A stretch of DNA of 64,000 bases. Source: Candidatus Sulfomarinibacteraceae bacterium (lineage in GTDB: Bacteria > Acidobacteriota > Thermoanaerobaculia > Thermoanaerobaculales > Sulfomarinibacteraceae). Below, piece after piece: positions 8,643 to 19,600 of this stretch; within the stretch, counting starts at the first letter, position 1, and each line of letters starts with the position of its first letter. The notes beneath the pieces were generated by a model. It did not search any database. It had not been told where the DNA came from and saw only the letters and a program-made list of their open reading frames with translations. The DNA lies in contig CAWCLO010000004.1 in assembly GCA_963796455.1 (NCBI GenBank), positions 1,120,001 through 1,184,000 on the forward strand, read 5' to 3'. Position numbers and translations under genes: made by a program.

Positions 8643-11600
8643 TCACGGAGAGGTCCCCGACCACCTCGATGTGTCTCCGGATTCGAAATCGTCGACGAAG
8701 ACATTTTCGTTCGCGATAAAAATCACCGCTGCTTCATCACAGGGTCCGGGGCTAAATGTTCTCACCCAATACCATCCCGAGGCAGATGCCGGGATCTCGA
8801 TCGCGGAGGTGGTCTCCCCCGTGATCCACTGGTATCCATCGAAATCGCCATCGACCATCAAGGCTGTGGACTCGATTTTCGCGATCGACCTGATGGAAGG
8901 GGCAACGCATCCGGAATCGGCCGTCATCGCAGTGACCGTTGGGGTCGAGTCGCTGAAAACCATGTTCGTGTTGTTCTCGTGCGGCTCAGTGAAGGTCGAC
9001 ACTGCGAAATCATACGGAGAGCCTGGCTGGAGCCACGTGACCGGGTAGCTGTCGTTGGCCTTTGTCCAGGTCCAACCGGCGGATTCCCAATCCTCGGATC
9101 CAGCGAGTTTCGAGAAGGGCTCGTAGGCTCCGACATCTGCCGAATACGGAATCGGCACCCAGCTCAACCACACCGTGTGGTCGCCCACAGAAACGATCTC
9201 GAGCAGGCCGGGGGCCACTGTCTGCGTGTCTCCCCAATAACCGTCGAAGGTCCCATGCTTTTGGTCCACAAATTCCCTTGTCTCTTCATTCTCAGCTTGA
9301 AGCGCGTTCCAGGACAGCCTCAATCCGCTGCCGTCCCACAACTGCTTCAACTCGGTGATCCGCGATGGAATCTCCCCGGACAGACGGTTGGATCTCAGAT
9401 TCGCGTTCTCAAGCGCCGAGAGGTCGCAAAACTCGTTCGGGATGAGACCGCTCAAAGCGTTTGCCGCCAGGTTGAGATCCGCCAACTGGCTCAGAAATCC
9501 AATTTCGGTCGGGATCGGCCCGGTGAATTCGTTGAAACTGAGATTGAGGGTTCTCAGCGCGCTCAGGTTCCCGAGCTCAAGCGGAACGGTACCGACGAGG
9601 TTGTTCGATTCCAGGTCGATCGTAACGATCTGCGGGACACTGTTGCACCACACTCCAAACCACGAACACTCTGTACCCCGATCGTTGAAATCAATGTCGT
9701 CGATGCGCCAACCTGTACGGTCGGTCCAGTCAGCGCCGTTGGCTGCGTTGTAGAGCGCGATGAGCGTCGCCCGCTCATCCTCCGGAATGGCGGTAGGCGG
9801 TCCCCCCGTGCAACCGAGAACATCCACCGGCACACGGACGAGATTGGTGTCCTCGGACTCTCCGGCAGTTGCCCGAACGAGATAGTGATAGGTCTCAGGC
9901 GGCGAGACCGCATGAACGTCGGTGTAGGTGGTCGTCGGCACAAGCGCAGCGATGCGGTCGGATTCCGAGGGTTGGAAGTCGGGCGAGGTGCTCCGGTAGA
10001 TTCGGTAGGACACGTCGTCGCCGCAAACGGATTCGCCGACATCGGTCCAGTCGAGCCGTACGCTGCAGACGCTATTGGGGAGGAGCACCGCCGAATCCAA
10101 CCCGGAGAAGTCCGGTTCGTCGGCCTGTCCGTCGCAGTCATTGTCTGCGCCGTCGCAGAATTCTGCCGCGCCTGGATACGTCAGTTCTTCCATGTCATCA
10201 CAGTCGTCGTCGCTGATGACATAGCCGAAAGGCGCTGTGCACCCCAGGGTCGGCCGATCCGGATCACCGTGGCCGTCGGAGTCGACGTCCATGAAGAACT
10301 GTTCCGCACAGACGCGGTAGAGTTCCCGACCGTACTCATCATCATCAGCAGAGAACACGAGGTCGTTGCCGACGGTTGGCCCGATGAACGGGGAGGATCC
10401 GGACGGCCCCGGGTTGACCTCTGCCAGCAAGCGAGTGCCTGCCGAGGTGCCGTCCGTGGTCCACAGCTCACTCCCGTGGTCCGGAGTGATGGGATTCAAG
10501 ACCAGGACGCCGTTGACCATTTTCATCCCGAACGGGTCCGAGCCCGTTGGGCCTGGCCAAAAATCAAGCACCAGCAAGGTGCCGTCAGCGGTGCCGTCTG
10601 AGCGCCACAACTCTTCGCCGTGAGCTCCATCGTCCGCAAGGAAGTACACCTCGTCGCCGCCTGCGACGAAATACCAAGGAGACGAGGCGGTGATACCAGG
10701 ATTGATGTCCTTCACCATCCAGGTACCGGCCTCGGTACCGTCACTCCGCCACAGTTCCAATCCCTCCGACACCGTACGGGCTCCGAAGTACGCGATTTCC
10801 CCCACCCTCACGATCTCAGACATGTATATTTCCCACGAGCTGCCTGGGCCCGACCGGATATCTTTCACGATCCACGTTCCGGCCTCGGTGCCGTCGCTCC
10901 GCCACAGTTCCTTGCCCGCAACCCCATCGTCCGCCCAGAAAAGAGCAAAGCCATCCATCGCGGTCAAGTTCCCCGGATCCGACCCTGTCGATCCGGTGGC
11001 GATGTCCTTGACCATCGACGTACCCATTGGCGTACCGTCGGAGATCCACAGTTCCTGTCCATTGGCTCCATCGTCGGCACGAAACAGAACCTGGTTGGCA
11101 AACGGCAGGAGGTACCACGGCCCCCCCGACTCGGGGCCGGGATTGATATCCAAAACCATCTCGGTGCCGGCGGTCGTGCCATCGCTCACCCACAACTCGC
11201 GCCCGTTGGCACCGTCATCGCCGTCGAAGAACTGTCCCCCCGGAAGTCACGGATCCGAAGACGAACGAAGCGCCGACCGGGTTGATGTCCTTGAGCAACG
11301 ACGTCCCCTCCGGAGTGCAATCGGTCGTCCACAGCTCCTGGGAATAAGACCCCGGATGTGGCAACAAAAAAAGCTGGTTTCCCAACAAGGACCGCGCGGA
11401 GGGGCTCGAGTGACCTGTCTCGTGCACGTCGAAAATCAGATTGGTACCGCCCGTTGTCGCATCGCTGGTCCAGGGCTCGGATCCGTGGGGTCCGTCGTTC
11501 GCACTGAAAAAGACATCGCCGTTTCCACAGGTTGCGAAGAAACCGACACCTCGATCGACTGGTCAGCGCCAGCGGGTCAAGCCAACAGTCCCACCTGCGG

Positions 11601-12992
11601 TTCCGTCGGTGATCCAGGGCCGGGTCACCGTCTGTTTCGTCGATGGCGTGAAAGAAAACCGCGGTGCCGGTGCTCAAAAAGCCATGGTTCGAAATCTTGC
11701 TGCTGTCGGGGCCGAGGTCGATATCTTCGATGATCACCGTGCCTTCGGCGGTGCCATCTCGGGGCACCTCCATGGTTCACTCCCATGCGTCCCGTCAGAG
11801 GCGGTGAAAACCACACCGAAGTCGGTCACAACCATCTCTGAGATCGTGGTCCAGTCAGGACCCGGAGTGATGTCTTTAACCATCGCGGTGCCCAGGGTGG
11901 TGCCGTCGGAAGCCCACAGTTCCCGACCCGAGATCCCGTCGTTGGCATCGAAAAAAACAGCGACGGGGTAGCCGCGAGGAGTTCGGGTGAGGAGTTCGAC
12001 GGCCCTTCCCAGACGTCCTTGACCATCGTCGTGCCTGCTTGGCTGCCATCGGATTTCCAGAGTTCGGTTCCATTGACGCCGTCAGATGCCGCGAAGAACA
12101 GCTGAGAATCGAAAACTCTCAAGTATCTTGGGGATGAGCTCGACGAACCACTCCGGATGTCCTTCACCATCAAGGTTCCGGAGTCTGTACCGTTGGACCG
12201 CCACAATTCGGTTCCGTTCGTTCCGTCGGAGGCTGCGAACACGACACCGGACACAAATGCCAGGTTCCGCGATGCCAGGGACGAGTTCGAACCAGGGTTG
12301 GGAGACGAGGGTCGTGCCCGGTCCGGTCCCATCCGAGATCCACAATTCGTATCCGTGTGTCCCGTCGTCCGCCCGTATTATTACCCCGCTGCTGGTCGCC
12401 ACCATGTAGTAAATCGAGGATGAGTCGGCACCGGGTCGGATATCTTTGACCATCACGGTGCCGGCCGCGGTGCCGTCGCTGACCCACAACTCTTTGCCAT
12501 GAGTACCGTCGTCTGCCGTGAAGAACAGCTTGCCCGCTGCTGCAATCGAGTATTGCGGCAGGCCGGACGGACTTCCTTCCAAAATGTCCTTGACCATCCA
12601 GGTGCCGCCGGGCGTCCCGTCAGTGCGCCACAGCTCTCAACCACCTTATCCCATCGTTGGCGGCGAAATAGACGATGTCTCCAATTCGTCTGAACCCAGA
12701 TGGCCCACTGTCGGATGAGCCGGTCGATGTCGAATAAGAGTGTCGTGCCGGCAGCCGTCCCGTCCGTATACCGAGAGTTCAACCCCCTCACGATCGTTCT
12801 GACCGTTGAAGACGACGACGCTGCCTGTCCACCCCAAGGTAGGCGTAATCCTGAAAACGATCCGCGGGGGTGGCCGGCCCAGTATTGATGTCCCGAACCA
12901 AGACCGGCGTTTGTGCACAAAGAACAGGCGTCACCAATGTCAACGCCATCGACGAATGGTGACCGCCACGGGGGCCTCCACCGCCCCGCCAC
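8643..12992 (-). pseudogene. ELWxxDGT-repeat protein with Cys/Asp metal-binding motif, plant-type LRRs, FN3 and FxDxFESG tail; 5' half multiply frameshifted
   Basis: ELW.SDGT..GT..VKDI repeats continue across ORFs 12788, 12453, 12082, 11826/11876, 11186 and the intact 850-aa ORF 8643..11195. That ORF has DCDD..YPGAAEFCDGADNDCDG, L.G.IP LRRs and VFVDDFESGDTSRWS. Likely start is the GTG at 12992 after GAGGAGG. The frameshifts may be read errors. Confidence 0.8.
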
Positions 12993-13116
12993 GGCTCCCT
13001 CCTCGCCTGAGCACGGGACTCCGCAGCTGCGTTCACCGTCAATGGATGGTTCCTTTCAACCCCTCGGGACGTCCCTTTCTTCAAAACAAATCACCTCAAA
13101 CAATGACTTGAACGAG

Positions 13117-13170
13117 TCAATACCCCCGTACCTGGCACCTTTATGGCACCTTTACCTTTTTGGCACCTTT
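13117..13170. repeat. solo TIR of the RAYT-like element with stuttered end repeats
   Basis: TCAATACCCCCGTACCTGGCACCTTTA (13117-13143) is identical to 24449-24475. Further TGGCACCTTT copies at 13144-13153 and 13161-13170. No transposase is adjacent. Confidence 0.9.
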
Positions 13171-14078
13171 ATTTTCATTCTCGGCTTGTGTAACTGCAAA
13201 TAGGAGGTAACGATTTTGCTTTCGAAAAGTGTGACCGCCGTTTCGGACGACGTGACCTTGGCGATATGATCCAGTACCGGGGAAAATGCCTCGATGGTCG
13301 GCTCAACCTGATTACTATTCTTGGACAAGCTCTCCGATCCGATGTCCAGCTTTGCAGTCACAGGCGCCTCGTCTCGAGGTCCGACGATTCGCAGCGTCCA
13401 GGTCGGCGCACCATCCATGCTACCCCGGGTCAGGAGGGCGAACGATGTCGAGACATCGTCGCGCAACCGGTAGGCCGCCAAAACATCGTAGCTCACGCGA
13501 CGAGTTTTCTGTTTCAGGAGATAGACTCTCGTCGACAACCACTCAGGATAATAATCCTCACGGTCTGACCGTTCCGGAAATTGGCGGAACGCAAGAATGC
13601 CCGTGACCCGGCCGCGATCCACAATGAAATCGGTTCGATAGCCAACCAGCAACGAGCTTCCGATGCTTTCATCCACGAGAACGTCTGCAAGATGGGCACC
13701 ATTCGAAGACGAAGAAAAGACCCAGAGATGATGAGGGGGCCGTTGCCGGGATCCAAATTGAGTGATGACGACCACCGAACGCTCGTCAGTCCACGTTTTG
13801 CACCGAATCTCCACCGCGCCTGGGAACCCCGGGAGATCGGCGCCGTCCAGCCAGTCCCCGAACGCCCCGAGCACGTCCTCTGTTCCTTGGAAGCAGTCAC
13901 TCTCGATGTCGGCCCAAATCTCAACCCGACGATCACCGTAGTCATGATTCGGGGCGAGATTTTTCAACCTGCCTCTCAGATCCTCGTAACGAACGGAAGA
14001 CACCAGTTGCAGATCGACTGCCTGCGCAGCGAACGATGAGAGCATAATGGAAAAAATGACTATGAAGGGCATCTTCAT
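13152..14078 (-). CDS. secreted hypothetical protein, putative immunity protein for the upstream lytic transglycosylase domain
   Basis: Signal peptide (AAQA-VD). Starts 3 nt after the toxin stop. Its last codons and stop lie inside the TIR stutter. Confidence 0.6.
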   Translation of the reverse strand: MKMPFIVIFSIMLSSFAAQAVDLQLVSSVRYEDLRGRLKNLAPNHDYGDRRVEIWADIESDCFQGTEDVLGAFGDWLDGADLPGFPGAVEIRCKTWTDERSVVVITQFGSRQRPPHHLWVFSSSSNGAHLADVLVDESIGSSLLVGYRTDFIVDRGRVTGILAFRQFPERSDREDYYPEWLSTRVYLLKQKTRRVSYDVLAAYRLRDDVSTSFALLTRGSMDGAPTWTLRIVGPRDEAPVTAKLDIGSESLSKNSNQVEPTIEAFSPVLDHIAKVTSSETAVTLFESKIVTSYLQLHKPRMKIKVPKR

Positions 14079-14081
14079 CTC

Positions 14082-16643
14082 CTACGGCGGAACCGTTGCG
14101 CCCCAGATGGTTGGGTCTTGAGAAAAGAGGTGCATCTGTTTGAGCACAGCGTTCGCATAGGGATCGCCCGCCCCATTATAGTCACCCAACATCTCCTTGA
14201 TCTGCTGACGAAGTGTCGCTTCCTCGCAGTTGATACCGCAAGCCGATTCGAAGTTCTGAGATTTGTTGAGGATGAAGCTGGCCAGGGCCGTGCCGACCTG
14301 GATGGAAACCGCAGGGTTGAGGACCTGGTCGAACAGATGGCTGTCTTCATCGCCGAAATCGTATTCGATCCTCATCATCTTGCCCCGTTGAGTGGGGTAA
14401 TCATGATTGAGAACTCCGTACTGCATCAACCCGAAGGAACCGGAGAGAAGGTACTGTGAATTGACGGAGTACTGCGGATCGTACAACGAGTTGTCGAAAA
14501 GATTGATCATCAGATGTTCGTGGGAGGTGCCGTCACGCATGAAGTTGAAACCACCACACCCGGTCGCACCCGCGTTGGTCGATATCCACCCGCTGATCGA
14601 AGTGGTGGTGAGATCCCCCGCGGGGAGATTTGCCGTGGGATAGATCTTGCAGTCGGGAACGTCAGCGAGGCCGTTCAGGAGGGTTTCGAGGTCGGCGATC
14701 CCGGCGGGAAGGGTGAGGATTTTTTCGCCTCTCCTGTCGGTGCCCGTACCGTAGCCGATATCTCTCTGCACTTGAGGGTACAGGGTAATCGAGAGCCCGG
14801 CAGGGGCCGCCAAACCCAGGTTCAATTGTGAACTCGCCGGACCGTACTCGATGCTGAAACGCTGCCCCACTGGTGAAGCGGCCGGGTATTCATCCATCGG
14901 GAGGTCGGCAACGCTGCCCGGTTTCCCATGCCGTCGATGCCCGACCTGAATCCAATCGTTGATTCTGGCGCCGAATTCGCCCTGAGGAGGGTTGCAGACC
15001 GGTGGTGGAGCGGAGCCCGCGTACGGTGTGATGCACGCGGGTGAATTCCTCGGCGTTACGGTGAACAACCTCAACGTCTCATTGGTCTGAAGATGACCCG
15101 CAAGACCCGCGTCAAACAGATCGAGCGTCATCGAGCCCGGCGGAATGGAGACCGCCCTGGATGGCGGATTGTTGTTTTCGGCTGTTCTGCCGGCAAAGGC
15201 GTACATGCAATAGGGCTCGACTTCAATGCGGTGGGCATTCGAGGTGTAGACCGAAAGGTCCTCGCACTTTCGGCCGGCCTGGATATCCCACCCTCCTCCA
15301 GCGAAATACTTGAAATCGAAGGTGTACGGCTCGTATTTGTAGGCGTTGGTTCGAATACGGATACTTGCAAAGACACCCGGTGTGGCCTGCCGGGTGGCAA
15401 AACCGCTTTCCTTCAGGATTAAGGCCTTGGCGACATCAGACGGGATTCCGTGACGATCGCAGAAATAGCTGATGATGTTGTCGATATTGAACCGGAGTGG
15501 ATCCGCGGGCGGGTCGGCTCCCACATTGCTGGCGCAATTGGTGTCTTCGGTACCCTGATTCTCCTGCCGACACCAATCGCTCTGGATGCGTTCCCGCGCC
15601 ACACCTCTGAGTTGGACCGTCGCCCAGTCGTTTGGATCCGCAGCGCCATTGAGCCGCACGATCATCGGAACCCGCGGGCTTCCGTAACCATAGGCCCTCA
15701 GGGCCGGATCGGGTGGCAGAAAGCTGTTGGGTATGGGTGGATTCGTTTGATCGAAGAGCGGATGGAGTTGGTCTGATGCGATGTGGAACGCGAGAATGCG
15801 TCCGGCATCGTCGGCGCCATCGGTGATGTTGCGGAAGCTCAAGGTGCGGATAGCGAAGTTCTTGGTGTCGTCGGGATCCAGGTAGTTGTACTGGATCGTC
15901 ACCGAGTTCTCGGCGGAATCAATGAGATACTCGAGCGCGCTGCCGCCGTTGACCGGATCGGTGACCGCTGAAAACCACGGCACAGCCAGCCCCGTTTCGC
16001 TCGGCCCGGCCGCGGGCCAACCATCTTTCCATTCAACAACAATCGGGTAGTCTCCGGCGCCCGGAGCACCGGTCGGCACCCTCTGCACCGCGTAGGTCAG
16101 CCGCCGGTGCTCGCCGAGCGGGATTTCTTTGACCAGGCCTTGGCCGTACATCCGGGCATCAATCCTGTCCATGGCGTCGGCGGCCGATGCGCCACCCTTG
16201 CCAACCTCGATTTTGAAGGCGGTTGCCGAGACCTCGAAATTCGCACAGTCGGTGCACGGTTCGGCCTCGCCGATAATTGCCGTCTTGGTGGGTTTGAGGC
16301 GAATCTCGGCAAGGTGGCTCGTCGAGTAGAATCCGGCCCGCGTTTCTTTGAAATTCACGGTCACGATCTCGGCGTGACCTTCGGCATCCTCGTATCGCAG
16401 CGACAGGTCATCGGGCGGTGACTTACCCGCTGTTGTGATGTACTCGAGCCAATAGGTTTTTTCGAACTCGATCTCTTCATGGGCGACCGGAGAATAATCC
16501 TCCCTCAAAAAGCGAACCCCGGCAACGAAGAAGCTGTACGACTCCCGATCCCACTCGGTGTATTGGTTGATCAACTCGGGTGCCAACGGCTCTGCATAGA
16601 CACGGTAGTACCCCGGTTCCTTTGGTGCCTTGGACACCCACAC
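14082..16643 (-). CDS. C-terminal part of giant secreted protein 2, ending in a split SLT-type lytic transglycosylase domain
   Basis: GIPSDVAKALILKESGF, SFGLMQ, LNPAVSIQVG and DYNG..YANAVL. The frame is open back to ~16760 and overlaps the end of 16571..23017. It lacks its own signal peptide, so it is probably a frameshifted continuation. Confidence 0.7.
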   Translation of the reverse strand: MWVSKAPKEPGYYRVYAEPLAPELINQYTEWDRESYSFFVAGVRFLREDYSPVAHEEIEFEKTYWLEYITTAGKSPPDDLSLRYEDAEGHAEIVTVNFKETRAGFYSTSHLAEIRLKPTKTAIIGEAEPCTDCANFEVSATAFKIEVGKGGASAADAMDRIDARMYGQGLVKEIPLGEHRRLTYAVQRVPTGAPGAGDYPIVVEWKDGWPAAGPSETGLAVPWFSAVTDPVNGGSALEYLIDSAENSVTIQYNYLDPDDTKNFAIRTLSFRNITDGADDAGRILAFHIASDQLHPLFDQTNPPIPNSFLPPDPALRAYGYGSPRVPMIVRLNGAADPNDWATVQLRGVARERIQSDWCRQENQGTEDTNCASNVGADPPADPLRFNIDNIISYFCDRHGIPSDVAKALILKESGFATRQATPGVFASIRIRTNAYKYEPYTFDFKYFAGGGWDIQAGRKCEDLSVYTSNAHRIEVEPYCMYAFAGRTAENNNPPSRAVSIPPGSMTLDLFDAGLAGHLQTNETLRLFTVTPRNSPACITPYAGSAPPPVCNPPQGEFGARINDWIQVGHRRHGKPGSVADLPMDEYPAASPVGQRFSIEYGPASSQLNLGLAAPAGLSITLYPQVQRDIGYGTGTDRRGEKILTLPAGIADLETLLNGLADVPDCKIYPTANLPAGDLTTTSISGWISTNAGATGCGGFNFMRDGTSHEHLMINLFDNSLYDPQYSVNSQYLLSGSFGLMQYGVLNHDYPTQRGKMMRIEYDFGDEDSHLFDQVLNPAVSIQVGTALASFILNKSQNFESACGINCEEATLRQQIKEMLGDYNGAGDPYANAVLKQMHLFSQDPTIWGATVPP

Positions 16644-19600
16644 GGCCGTACCCTTGTACGATTCGGCCGATCCCCGAACCTCCCTGTGTTCGTCTGTACA
16701 TCGAGTGTCGAAGACGGATCTCCGAATGGGGTGATCACGACACCGCCGGCCCCGTCGTCATCGACAGATCCCGCGGTCATTTCGACCTCGAGATACTTTG
16801 TCGGCTTACCGTTGGAGTCAACGAGCAGGTGCGTCGCACTTGACGTCGGGCCGTTGACGTACACATGGTAAGGAATGTTGTAAAACGGATTCTGGGGGTG
16901 AGGATCGCTGAGTTCGTCCACCATCACGGGATGGATTCGGAGCCAGATTCTGTTGCCGAGGCGACCATAAACCCCCTCGCCAGGTTGCATCGGGTAGCTT
17001 CCGGTCCCGAGCCTGATGTAACCCTCACAGAAGAAGGAGTTGCTTTCGGGGCAGGACCAAACCGTCATGGGTACCTCATCGACAACCTCGATCGTGACCG
17101 AATTCTCGATGTAGCTCCCGTCAACCCGCCGAACTCTCAGGTTCTTCGTATGAGCCCCTTCAGGCAAGGTTGAACTCGTCTTTTGTAGGGCCCGCATTGC
17201 GTACGTAGGTATGTCCTTCGGCCAGGTGACGGCATACCACAACTGATCGCCGGGGCCGCCACCGTCGCTCAGTCCCACCTCGACAGCATTGGTGAGATCA
17301 TTCTCTTCACCCCGGTATCCCGCCTCGACGGTGATGTTTTCGTATTGATCCCGGAGGAGGAACTGCGGCCCCAGAGGGGCAAAATAGTGCACGCCTTCAT
17401 CTTCGATCATGGAATACACGGGATGGCGGATCCGCGGAATCCTTTTCACCCGGTATTCCGGTGCGAGGAACTGCACAGTTTCGGGCTGTTCGGGCTCCGG
17501 TGCCACCGGTAGCAGCCCGGTGCTATTGATTCGGCGGCGGGCGAAGTTCCCTGAAGCGCCCGATTGCTGAATCTGAACCGGAAAGGAAACCGACCCGTGG
17601 AGAATCTCGTTTGTTGCATAGTGGAACGGATCGGGTTCACCCTTGAGGAACCTCAGATAATTCGCGATGCTGCCCGGTCGATAAAGAATGGACAGGCTGA
17701 AGTCGTGCACGCTGTCGCACCATGTCGTTCCGCCGTCGATGCTGACCATCGGGTCGTGGTGGGGCCTCGAGGCCGGCAGAATGGCGCGCAGATTGATCGG
17801 CACTTGGCCAGAGATGTCCTCTTCGATCGTGGCGGGCGGGGTCGAATCGTCCAGGAAAATCGCCATCACCCGCGTCGCGACAATCCCCTCGGGTTCGAGC
17901 ACGGTCAGGTCCTCGAGCCTTTCGAGAGCTTTGTTCTCCAGATCGAGAAACTCGATTTCGACCCCTGCGAGCGCACGGGCGTGCGGCGGTAGGACCAATT
18001 TCACCACGCTGTAGCGGGGATTCAAACCGCAGTTTGTGCCAGTAGTCTTCTCTGGAGAGCCCGATAGGAATTCTTGGGTTTTCGATTCGTCCTTCGGCCA
18101 GGCGTCACGCCGGGTCTGGCGAATTCTATCGATCTCCATTCGACTCAACCGTTCGTCCCCGGAGATGGCCCCGTTGCCCAGTTTCAATATGCCTATGATC
18201 GGGTCGATTTGGCCTCCTGATGGCGCTGAGACGGGGCCATATTTTGCGCCTGTACCCGCCGGTAGAATCAGCTCAGGCTCTATCTCCACGGCTAGGTCTT
18301 CATTGAGTGTCACGGCAGTGCTGACACTCCCGTTCCATCCGGAAAGCGTCTCTTCGCCGAAATACGCCGCGCCAGAGATCAGCTTCCAGGTCACCGCAAC
18401 CGCCGATGCGGGCCGGCCGAACAGGTCCATCACATGGGCCCGCAGGGAGGTCGAAGGAGGGAGGATTTCATCGGTCGATAGATCAACCTCTCCCTCGAGA
18501 ACCAGGTGGGCGGTGGTCTCATGCGCCACGATTTCGAAGCCGTCGGTTGCCGGCTCTTCAAGGAGCTCGAGGGAGACCAGGTACTGACCGGTCCCCTGCC
18601 GGGTGGAAACGACGAAGAAATGCGAGCCCGAAACCCGGGTTGTCCACTCCACCGTGGCGTTTGTGTCGTCGGGCCCCCTGTCATCCGAGAATCCTTCAAA
18701 TGTATAGATGCCGTCTGGATCGGTTATCACCAGTTCGGGGTCGGTTGGTCGGCTGTCGTCTCCTTGACCGGAGGATCCCGGGACGGCGTCGAGCATCACG
18801 CGGACTTTCACGCCCTCACCGGCCACGAAAATGAAATAGTCCTTGTCGCCCGGTTCCCCCCATTCGCCTCGCCACACCTGGCCTGGAATGATTGGGTGTG
18901 CACATTCCGATCCCTCGCCGCCACACGAATCATCCTCTTCGTTCATGACGATCAGGGGATTCTCGGTGGTGCCGCTATTCTCAACACGGAAGGCATTCAG
19001 CCATCCGCTGCGCGATGTCCCGTTGAGGTCATCCCCGACACTCACGAAGTATGGGTTATCCAGTGGTGGCAGCTCTCCGGCCTGTGGCGTGATCTCGAGG
19101 TATCCACCTGCCTGCACCTCGCCGTAGTAGATCATGGGTTCAACGTCATCCTCGAGATCGTCATCGAGAAAGACGTACCCGTCGCCCCCGACGACCCAGG
19201 TCCGCGAATAGACGCGGAACGTCGCGTCCTCAACCACCTGACCAGGTGCCACTCCGTCAAGCGTATGGCCGACAGTCAGATTGATTGGCGGGGGCTCGCC
19301 GAAAAACCACCCGTTCGAGCCACAACCCTCCGCCGGATAACGTCCCCTCAGCACGATTTGGTAGCGGCCGACCGGCAAGCCGACATCTACCGGACTTACT
19401 GTAAGGTTCTTGTTGGCGGTCGAGAATCCGTCACCAAAGTCATCGGGTCCCAGAGTCAAGATCGGCCAATGGCGGTATATATCGTCGGCGCCGTAAACGG
19501 TCCAGCTGAATGCGAATGGCTCGAGTTCGGGAGATGTTGCATCTGCAGACAGGTCGAATTCATCCCACGGCGCCACATTGAGGGGGCCAACCGGTTCGTC

